This document shows positions 53,307 through 63,800 of a stretch of DNA of 64,000 nucleotides, one piece after another; within the stretch, counting starts at the first letter, position 1; each line of letters begins with the position of its first letter. Below the pieces are notes generated by a model. The model worked only from the letters and a program-made list of their open reading frames with translations, did no database searches and had not been told where the DNA came from. Origin of the DNA: Candidatus Peribacteraceae bacterium (GTDB taxonomy: Bacteria; Patescibacteriota; Gracilibacteria; Peribacterales; Peribacteraceae); the NCBI GenBank assembly GCA_030750465.1, contig JASMHZ010000002.1, positions 1,948 through 65,947 of the forward strand, in the 5' to 3' direction. A program made the translations under genes and the position numbers.

Positions 53307-53666
53307 ATCACGAGTAAGTTTGTCGACCATCGAACATAGTATGTAAAACAATTCTTTCGCCTCATTCAATAGATAATCTCTCTCCTTATTTAGGATTATA
53401 TTTCTACCAGTATCGATTAACTCCAGCCAATGAGTACTTTCCTTTGCTTCTTTCTTTGATATTTTCATATACTTTATTCCATCTTTTTTACTTAGACCTT
53501 CGCCTGCTTCTATATAGTTTGCTCCTATTGAGCCGGACGAACGAACTAATTGTTTTGAGTATTCATTATTTGAAACAGAATATGGTAATTTATTAACAAA
53601 ATCTCTAACGTCTTTGCCAAAATTTCTTGACCTTAATCCAAAAGAGAAAACTTTTATTTTGTTCAT
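53304..53666 (-). CDS. four-helix-bundle protein (23S rRNA intervening-sequence protein family)
   Basis: QLVRSSGSIGANYIEAGEGLSKKDGIKYMKISKKEAKESTHWLELI. I take the start at MNKIK (53666). The ORF-track N-terminal extension is a translation of the repeat arm. Confidence 0.85.
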   Translation of the reverse strand: MNKIKVFSFGLRSRNFGKDVRDFVNKLPYSVSNNEYSKQLVRSSGSIGANYIEAGEGLSKKDGIKYMKISKKEAKESTHWLELIDTGRNIILNKERDYLLNEAKELFYILCSMVDKLTRD

Positions 53667-53689
53667 AGGGTGGATGATCCTACACCTTA

Positions 53690-53751
53690 ATATAAAAGAT
53701 AAAAAGAAAATTCCTTCTTTCTTCAGTTCTTCCTCTCTTTCTTTCTTTTTA
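53690..53751. repeat. R6b: pyrimidine arm of the split hairpin element
   Basis: ttccttctttcttcagttcttcctctctttctttcttttt is complementary in kind to R6a. The word cttcagttct also occurs in R4 and R5. Confidence 0.7.
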
Positions 53752-53776
53752 TCCACTATGCTATCATCCATTCATT

Positions 53777-54718
53777 ATGAAAAGACTAATCCTAATTTCT
53801 CTTGCAGGACTTCTTGTTACTGCGTGCGGACCAAAGCCCCAACAAGCCGAAATCACTTTTCTTGGAATCTCCAGCGGTACACTAAAAACTCCGTTAAACG
53901 AGCTCGCTTTCAAGGACAGATTTGGCGTTGACGAAAAGAAATTGGTTGCGGTTGTCGCTTTTGGAGAGAGCGTCGATGAAACGAATGTGCAGGCAACATG
54001 GTTTTCTCCTGACGACAGAAGGATGCCATTGGGAAGAAAATCAATCACTATGGAATCCGGTGCAACTATTGCTAGGTTCAGTTTTGCTACAAACGATGAA
54101 TGGCAAAAGTCTCCATTCATGTTGGATATACGTACAAAGACAGGAGAAGGGGAGGAGGCAAAGAGCTCCAGCGGGCAACTTCATTTCTTTGTCGGATTGG
54201 AAGAGAAACGAATTGTTGCATACAACGATGAATACAGTGCATACAAGGATCATGAGGCAGAAAAGAGGAAGATGTATACAATAAAAAAGGAGAAGGAAGA
54301 AAGTGCACGTGATAAGGTCAGGTTAAGGTTGAATGCTTCGGTTGCAGATATTGGACATAGGTATGATGTAAACGGTGATGGGGAAGAGGAGCTTATTATT
54401 ATCGATCCCCCGACCGATGAACCGTTTATGGGTGCGACTGAAACTGGAGCCGTGTTCTCTGCGGATGTTAAGAAGTTCTCGATTACAAATCTAAGCGGTT
54501 CTACGGTATTGGAAACTCGTGAGGAAACCGGCGAAGTTATTATTCATGGAGTTCAGGGGCCGCTTGCGACAAGCTTTAAGAAAGGCAAAGAAATTCACTT
54601 CGTCTTATATCCTGATTCGGTAACTATTGAGTGGGGTGAAGACGATTCGGTGTGCAAGCAGATATTTAAGTTTGATAAAGAATGGGTAGATGAAGGCGAG
54701 GGGGTTGTGTGTGAATAG
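53777..54718 (+). CDS. hypothetical lipoprotein
   Basis: Lipobox LLVTAC after MKRLILISLAG. No domain recognised. Confidence 0.6.
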   Translation: MKRLILISLAGLLVTACGPKPQQAEITFLGISSGTLKTPLNELAFKDRFGVDEKKLVAVVAFGESVDETNVQATWFSPDDRRMPLGRKSITMESGATIARFSFATNDEWQKSPFMLDIRTKTGEGEEAKSSSGQLHFFVGLEEKRIVAYNDEYSAYKDHEAEKRKMYTIKKEKEESARDKVRLRLNASVADIGHRYDVNGDGEEELIIIDPPTDEPFMGATETGAVFSADVKKFSITNLSGSTVLETREETGEVIIHGVQGPLATSFKKGKEIHFVLYPDSVTIEWGEDDSVCKQIFKFDKEWVDEGEGVVCE

Positions 54719-54720
54719 AT

Positions 54721-54879
54721 ATGGAAAGAACGGAAGAAAGAAAGACTAGAAAGAGAAAAAGGAAGTGGGAAAGAACGAAAGAATAGAAGCTTTTTTTGCT
54801 TAAAATCTTCTTCCTTTATCCTTCCTTTCGATCTTTCTCTCTTTCCTTCTTCCTCTCTTTCATTCTTTCGTTCTTTTAT
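54721..54879. repeat. purine-arm/pyrimidine-arm hairpin element R7
   Basis: The same architecture, with centre AGAAGCTTTTTTTGCTT, lying between convergent stop codons. Confidence 0.75.
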
Positions 54880-57800
54880 TTATATGTCTCTCCACCTTCG
54901 ACGCCACATCATCCACCACCACTCGACATTAACTGCTGCAAGTAATAGTGCGATCAGCCAGAACATCCAGTGAATGCCTCGTCCTCCGTTGACCTTGTCG
55001 TACAGAGGATCGTTTACAATTACGTGGATTGACGGAAGTGTTACGTCAATAACATCAATTCTCTCTTCTTCTATAAGTGTTGGAGGCTCAAGAATAAATG
55101 TTCTCTTTTCGACTTGTTGTCCGCTCTTATGAATTTCAATAACGTGTGCGCCAACTTCTACCTTGTGGAACGTAGCCATTCCTTCATCGTTTGTAATCGC
55201 AACCTTTGGAGTAGAGAAGAGCACAACCGGAGTTCTTCTGTATGGATTACCCATATCTGTAAATACTCCAATATTAAGCGAAGCAAGTAATGTTTGGTTG
55301 TTCTCCCTTACAATCTGCGTCTTGAAGTGTCTTGGTTCCGGAATAGGTTTGGAATGATCCTTAAGGTACTCTCTCGCTTTCCATGCGAGCGCATTAGTAT
55401 TTTCTGCGGTTCTCTTTCCGTAGAATTCAATTGATTCCTTTGTGATCAAAACGGTGTCCGTAACTTCATCGGAAACAGCAACACTAACTCTGGATACGGC
55501 CTTTAGTCCTTTTTCTGATGCGTCGGTTGCAATTATCAACGAATCTTTGAATTGGCCTGCAATTTGCTTTGTATTCTGGAGTGTCTTGCTTGCCAATAGA
55601 ACTCCGGCGTCTTTGGTGACTTCGATGCTCTTGTCTGCGAATGTAATGCCAAGTTCTTTCACGCTGTCGCTTGCGATCTTGGTTGTCAGATCTTCTTTGG
55701 TATCAATATATTTTGCGATTCTCTTAGCTTGGTCGGATGCAGCAAACAGAATTGCCTTTGTACTTTCCTGAGCTACTTTGGTTGCAAGTCCTGCCTCTGT
55801 ATCTACGAAGTCGCTGATTCTATTTACTGTATTTACACCCTTTGCCATCTGAGTACCAGCATATTTGGCTGAGTGTACCAAGTTATCCTGTAGTACTTTG
55901 GCAGTACCTACCACTACAACTCCATATTTTCCTAGCTTTTCTGATGCAAATAGAATTGCCGCATCTTTTCTATAAGCAGCCCTATCAATTACATCATTTG
56001 CCTGATCCTTTGCAAATCCAAATAGAATTCTCTTTGCGAGCTGATCGCCCTTGGAATCAAGTTCAGACTTCTTAAGAGCAACCCTCCTGTCTCTTGCAAT
56101 CTTATCTGTTGCGATCTGGTAATTGCCTGCAATATTGACTCCGGCATCTCTGAATGCGTCTGCAACTCTGCCAACGGCATTCTTGACTCCGCCGAATGCT
56201 ATCTGCGTTGTACCACTGATATTTTCTTCAGCACCCCTAAACGATTCTGCGATTCTATCCGATCCTTCCTTGAGCTTACCAAATGCTAATTGTGATGTGC
56301 CAGCAATATTCTCACCTGCTCCCCTGAACGCTGTAGCTGTTCTCTTCGCAAGCTGATCTATTGCTTTCCTGGCTATTCTACTAACAGGTTTTACGAATGG
56401 CATTATCTTGACCGATGGAATCGCAGGATTGAATATCATGCTGACTGCATGATCAGGCATTTCCCTGATTCTTCGCTCAGCATCTCTGATCCTTTGTTCC
56501 TTGGTTGCCTCAGCACTCTCTCGTCTCTCCTCACGCCTCTTAGCAAGATCAATTACTGCCTCATGCCTTGGTGTCACTGTCGGTCTCCTATCTTCTGCAT
56601 CTTCTGATTCCTCTGCTTCCTCCGGAGATGAAGCGTGAACCTGAACAATAGTTATTTCTCTATTTGCAACATCCACACCTCCGCCTATATTCGTTCCTTC
56701 ACCGCGATGAGAGCCGGTGTCCCCGCTGCTTGTAGTTGTGTCGGCAGCTGCAGTTCTGCTGTATCGGAAGTCCACCGTTTCCGATGATCCTGCAGTAGTA
56801 ACAGTAAATGATGCGCTGTTTGCATCACGCGCCGTGTATCCGGATGGGGGATCGATGGCTATCACATATGAACCGCTAGAAATGTTCAGGCCGCTAATGG
56901 AATATATTCCCTCGCTGTTTGTCGTACCAGAAGCGCTTACTGCTCCTCCTGTCGCGCTGGTTCCGATAACAGATATTTCTCTGCCAGGGAAGTAAGACTC
57001 GCCGACGTCGTAAGTACTGTCATTATCCGCATCTTCGTAAGCGCGTCCCGTGACTGTTGATTCATCAATGTAACCAAATTCAAGTGTAATTGCACTTCCT
57101 GTACCCACAACAATACTTCCAGAGGTGGAGTAAGTTGTGGATATATAATCAGACGGAATAATGCCGGCACTATCGGTCAACAGTAAACTGTATCCCGACA
57201 GTGAGCTCAAGGCGGCACCGCTGAACGCGAAAGTGCCGACAAAGTCCGTCTGCGTAGTTAGGGCGAGAGTTGCCCCCGTTGTTGTCGTTCCCGACAACCG
57301 GAGACTCACCCCCGAGAATGCATCACTCTCCCCGGCGTCGTGTACGCCGTCACCGTCTGTATCTGTCCAAACTTTTCCGTTAATGGCACCTGTGCCTGTC
57401 CTGTACTTCATTAAGAATGTACCGGAAGGCATATGGGTACCTGTCCCCATTGCGTTTTGATTTTGATTTGAGAGCGTTACCGAGTGTGAAGCACCCTTAG
57501 TAACACTTATAGTGTAATTACCGCTGCTTGCAGGCACTTCGTAGAAGCTGAATGCGCCTGTTGATGTTGAAGCAGCGGTAAGGCTCAAGCTGGCTCCCGT
57601 AACTGTGGAACCTGTAAGCGTTACCGTCGCTCCAATAATTGCATTTGTATCACCGGCATCCTCGACTCCATCTCCATCTTCATCCCAGAATACAACTCCA
57701 CTCATTGTTCCATACCAGCTGTATCCGTAGTTGATTGTAATTGTTGATCCGGTTTCTACAATATTTCCACCTGAGCTTGTGAAGTTCGTATTCCTGTATC

Positions 57801-60800
57801 CCGCAGAAACCGTAGCGCCGCTTACAGAAACCGTGTAACCCGTAGAATCGCTTCTGTAAACCGGTGTGAGTGTGTATGAACCGGACGTAGAAGCAGTAGA
57901 TCCTGTAATCGTAAGGGCGGCTCCGGTGATTGTATTTCCTGTCAATTCTATAACAACACTCGTCAGGCCTGATGTTTCCCCGGCATCTTTAACGCCGTCA
58001 TAATCCTTGTCGTACCAAACGTTACCAAGTATATCTCCGGTTCCTGTGAAGTAACCAAACAGCCAGTTTGTATTGTTATCACTATCAGTTGATCCGCTTG
58101 GCGTAAGAAGAGAACCTCCGGTTGCATCATTATCGGTTACATCCAAGAGTTGCAGATCCTGAGTTCCCGCGCTTGCGTCCAGAATTAGCTTAGACGCACT
58201 ACCGGACTTGGTTGTAGTAAGAGTAAGTAAGTTGGCTGATGCTCCCTTAAGCGTAAGCGCTCCAGAAACTGACTGTCTTGAGGTGTAATCGAACTTCAAA
58301 GTATCATTCGAACTTCCCGTTGAAGTTAAGTTCCAGAACACAGTTGATCCGCTTATTGTCTGATCACTTCCATCAAAGTTAACTGTTCCACCTCCATCAT
58401 GAGTAAAGTCTCCCATATTTAACCAGTTACCTGACATTGTGATTGATCCTGAGCTGACCAAATTACCGGTGTAGTTCTTTAAGTCTCCTGCGATGTCGAG
58501 TGATGCTCCAAGTGTGTAGTATCCTGAACCGGTTGATGGATTACCCGAATTGAGGTTAGCTACCTCAGAAGCGCTAAGGGCTCTGTTGTAGATTCGTACG
58601 TCGTCGATGAGGCCGTTGAATGGCCTGAACTGACCGTCCGTGCTATCTCTTCCAATGCTCAGAACAGAGCTGTAGTTTGTAGTAGCATCGCTATCAGTTG
58701 TGTTTGCGACGGATGTTGCATCCCTATACATGTTCCACGAGCTTCCGTTTCGCACAAGGGCAACGTGGAACCAGGTATTTTGGGTGTATGCAGATGCATC
58801 GTTTTCCCCAAAGTTTACAACAAATCCAGTGTTATAATCCCAGAAATTCAATCCTGGAACCCCTTGAGATGAATCTCGCCAGAGGAATTCCCACAGGTGA
58901 TCGTTGTCCGGTCCATGTGAAACGATTGCATGTTGAGCATTTATATCTTCTATACTGATCCATGAGCTGATGCTGAAGTTTTGACTGCCAAAATCCCATA
59001 AGTCACTGTCAGAGACACTTACATAATCATCCGTCCCATCAAAATCAAGAGCGTACGCATTGTAGAAGTTGGTTGTTCCGGTTCCTGCGGATATATCAAC
59101 CCAATCTTCTGCATCCATATTCGTAAGCGTTCCATCATTACTATTCGCACTTGAATCTCTTGCATTCGTCCCCGCGCCTTCGTCGAATTTCCAATATCCA
59201 ACTAAGCCGTTATCAAGAGTGATGTTATTGAATGTACTTCCGGACAAAGTCTTTGAGTCCCCATTATCAACAGTTCCATCAAGTAACAGAGTTCCCGTTC
59301 CTGCTGTAAATGATCCGTTTTCAGCTTCTATCCAGCTCCCGGAAAGCGTAATTGTTTGTCCGTTTGTGGTAACAAGCGTTCCTCCGGTAATTGTAAGGTC
59401 TCCTGCAATTCCAACGTTTCCTCCAATATGGAATGAAGTGTCGGATGCTCCTGCGAGATTTACATTGTTGTAATTCTCACCCGGCAAGTATCTGGTTCCT
59501 GTAAGGGAGGCCAGAACCACTCTTCCAGTGCCTGCGCTAAACGCCCCTCCGCCGTCTATCCATGAGCCGGAGATTGTGAGAGTTTGTGCGTTTGTTGTCT
59601 TAAGTGTTCCTCCAGTCATTGTCAGATCTCCGTTGACTTCCAGATTTGTAATTGAACCTGTAAGGTGGAACTCTGTGCCGGCGTTATTTACTCCAAGGTT
59701 GAAGTAGGTAGTGTCGATCAGTGTGCTACCACTGTCATTGGTTTGCCCTGTGTAGTTGATCGTGCTTCCTGCTCCATCAAGCTCTGTTTTAAACGTGCCA
59801 CTGATCGTATTCCCTGTGCCACCAAGGACAAGCGTTCCACTATTTGTCATTTCTGTGCCGCTTTGTACATCCAGCACTGCCCCCGTTCCTCCTGCAGTGA
59901 GCGTGACGCCGGTGCCGACGTGGAATATGGCAGCTCCCGAAAGGGTGATCGACCCGACTATCACGCCGCCGCTGTGTGATGCATGGATAAGCTTTGTCTT
60001 TGCAGTTGTCGAAGCGCCGTGATTACCGATAACGAGCTCGCCTCCACCACTCCCATCATTCGCATCCTCCAGGTACACCGTCCCCGCGGCTCCATCGTCG
60101 TTTCCTGTAGTTCCCTTCGCTTCGATCTTCACGTCACTGAAGTCCGTTCCACTCGAGAGCACGATGGCAACGCGTCCTCCTCCTCCCCCACCATATGAAG
60201 CTGCTCCCGCATTGGCAGTGATCGTCCCGGAACCGGTGAATACAGTTGTTTTGATATTGATGGATCCTCCCGCATCGCCACCGTTACTGCCTGTGAGACT
60301 AGCGGCGTTGGCAGACATTGTACCATTCACGATGACTGATCCACTTGCGCTGATGATGATGGCACCACCACCGGCTGTACCATACATGCCGCCGCTCCCG
60401 AGGTACTCTGGATTCGTCACGGAACCGTATACCGGTCCGACACCTCCAGCCGTACCGTTATCACCACCTTCTCCACCGTGCGATGCACCATTTCGATCGC
60501 TGTTGTTGCCCGTACCCCAACCTGGCCCATCTTCTGCTCCGAATCCGAATTCATTTGCAGTGAGAGTGCCACCTAACTGCACATTCAATGATGTACCGGC
60601 ATTGGTGAGAAGCAGTTTTGCCACTTTACCCTTGCCTCCGTTCTGCTGAGGATCCGCGTCCAGTTCGAGCGTGCCATCGTTCTGAATGGTGATGGAGCCA
60701 AATGTGTAGTTATTTGTTCCATCGGTACCCAGGCGAAGTGTGGTGATGCCGGTAGAAGATCCAATGACAAGATGGTTTCTACTTGTTGCATCGAAGTAGA

Positions 60801-63800
60801 CTGTTCCTGCGCGGCCGCTACCACCACCGTTTGCTTGCAAAGTCCCGCGGAATCCATTGGTTGTTACACCGTTCAAACCTATGCGACCACCTCCGCCTCC
60901 ACCATATGCACTTGCATCTCCATTTGCTTTGATAACACCTGCACCAGTGAGCGTATTTGCTGTGATGTTGATGGAACCACCCGCAGCACCGCTGCAGCTG
61001 CCACCGCATGACGCACCTCCGTTTGCCGACAGGAGACCATCTACGGTTATCGTGCCGTTTACATTCAGAATAATGGCACCTCCACCTGCCTTCCCAAAGA
61101 TGCCGCCACTCCCGAGAGAAGAGGGATCAGTGAAAGAACCATAGGTATCACCCGCATCGTTATCTTTCACATGTTCACCGCCTCTCCCACCGTGCGATAC
61201 GCCGTTGCGATCACCGACAACGGCATTCGCACCCGGTCCGCTGTCGGCACCAAATCCTCCTTCATCCGCCGTAATCGTCCCCGTCCCCGTTCCATCTCCA
61301 AACACCGTCAGATTCCCATCCACCCGAATACTCTGACCGCTCCCATTCCCGCTCGTACTTGATCTTGCAACAGTTACGTACGCACCGCTATTCACATCCA
61401 TATTCCCAACGACATGCAGGTCATTCTCCTCGTCCTGCGTCCAGGTGATTCCTGTTGTTGATGTGCCGGAATGCGTCAGCGCTCCGCTGATCGAGAGGGG
61501 GGTGGAGATTGTGAGAGAGCCCGTAAAACTGTCTGTAACTGTAAAGTTATTTGCGAATGCGGCTGTGTCTATTACAACATTCGTCTGTCCCGTACCATCA
61601 AACAGCGCATTATCATCATGCGTAGGCACAGTGTCGCTTGTCCAGTTTTCAGCCGTACTCCAATTGGTATCTGCTCCGCCTGCATCCCATGTTCTGGTTA
61701 ATCTGTATGTCCAGTTTGTAGTGTTTCCACTGTCTGTGCTATTTACACCGGCAGCAAGAGTAGTGCCTCCCGAAGCGTCATTATCTTTAACATCCAGGTA
61801 ACTAAGTATCTGAGTGCCAGCACTGGCATCAAGTAAGAGCTTAGATGCTGACCCGCTCTTCGAGCTCTCAACACTCAACAATCCACCATCAACACCTTCC
61901 AACACAAGTGAGCCGCTGATGTTCTGCCTTGCTGTGTAATCAAATGTAAGCGTATCGGCTGTACTACCTGTTGATTGTAGTTTCCAGAAGACAGTGCTTC
62001 CGGATATAGTCTGATTGGAACCATCAAACAGAACAGTTCCAGATCCATCATGCGTAAAGTCTCCAACATTAAGCCAGTTTCCACTCATTGTAATTGATCC
62101 GGAGCTTACGAGGTTTCCGGTGTAGTTTGCGAAGTCTCCTGCGATATCAAGGCTTGCACCGAGTGTGTAATAACCGGAGCCTGTTGATGGATTGCCATTC
62201 GCGAGGTTAGCTACTTCGGAAGCCGCGAGTGCACGGTTGTAGATTCGTACGTCGTCGAGGAGGCCGTCGAATGCCCGTGTCTTATTGTCATAATTCCCTA
62301 TATGTGCCGTTTGGGTTGTAAACGCCGGTAGTGTTGCTCCGATCGTCCCACTGAATGTGTCGATAGTGACCTGAGAACCATTAATGAATAGCTTGAGCCG
62401 ATTACTGTTGCCACTTGCAGCTCCATCAAATACAACTGTAAGCTGATGCCAGCTGCCAGCTGACACATAAGGAGAATAGTCATCGACAACACCATATCCT
62501 CCTGATCCATCTCCGAATTCCAGCCAAAGAGATCCGTCTGAATAAGTATATATTCGTATGTCACTGGATGAATCAATTGCGAGCGCAAACAAGCCGTCAA
62601 ACTGATCAATTACGTCTTGCTGGAACCAGGTCGAAAACGTGAAAGCTGAAGCCCCTGCGATATCAGCAACGATCGTTTCGCCATCAACATAATCATTCGC
62701 CCCGTCAAACTCCAATGCATAAGGATTATAGAAATTAGTCGTTCCTGTTCCCGCGCTTATATCCACCCAATCCTCCGCATCCATATTTGTTAATGTTCCA
62801 TCATTTCCATTTGCACTACTGTCCCTCGCAACCGTCCCCGCGCCTTCATCAAACTTCCAGTATCCTACAAGGCCGTTATCAAGAGTTAGATTATTAAACC
62901 CAACATTCTCGTAAATTATCTCCTGATTCGCCTGATCCGGTGTACCGTCGAAGGTAATGGTGCCACTACCAGCAACAAATTGACCTCCATAGTTCAACCA
63001 GCTTCCACTAACTGTTAACCCTAACCCTAACCCATTCGTCGAGATACCACCTGTATACATCGATAAATCACCATTAATATCAAGGGAACTCCCTAGCGAG
63101 TAAACTCCGCTTCCTGTGTATGCGTTACCGTTTGCGAGGCTACCTACTTCGGAAGAGGAGAGTGCACGATTGTAGATGCGGACGTCGTCGATGAGGCCAT
63201 CTGTTTTATATGTATTAGTTGCTTTACCAATGGTACAAGATTGGAAATTCGTAATACTCCCAGTTTTTCCTGTTGCAGAACCAACTGATACTCCATTTTT
63301 GTAGATGGTCATTGTTGATCCATCCCATGTGCCTACGATATGCAACCACTGATCGTAGACCATTTGTTCACTGACATTCAGATCGAATACGCCATCAAGA
63401 TAGAGGTACAACCAGTTACCGGAAATATCTCTATCACCACCAAGCCAATACCCATTTGAAATGCTGCTTGGATCAGAGCTGATAAATGTTGGTCGTGATG
63501 TTGAAGGCACGTTGATCCAGTTTGATAGCGTGATTGCATCTCTTATATCCAGACTCGCGTCTGTTCCACAATCCACATAATCATCACTTCCATCAAAGTC
63601 CAAACTATATGGATTGTAGAACGTCGTCCCAGTATTTCCTGCAGGTGTGGTATTCAGGATCCAATCCTGATCGGCATCCATACCGGTGAGCGTTCCATGG
63701 TTTCCATGTCGTGAGCTATCACGTGCAACAGTAGAACCGGAGCCATCATCGAACTTCCAGTATCCAACCAACCCATCATCAATAGTTAGGTTGCTGAAGG

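Noticed and set aside
43649-54879. I asked whether the regularly recurring GAAAGAA-type repeats could be a CRISPR array.
   Set aside because: - The repeats are 120-170 bp quasi-palindromes of variable sequence.
- The supposed spacers are 0.3-3 kb housekeeping genes of irregular length.
- There are no cas genes.
60164-60649. 161-aa Pro-rich plus-strand ORF, together with many other plus-strand ORFs between 55 and 62 kb.
   Set aside because: They are antisense to the giant minus-strand gene. The antisense of GGN-rich codons yields stop-free Pro-rich frames.
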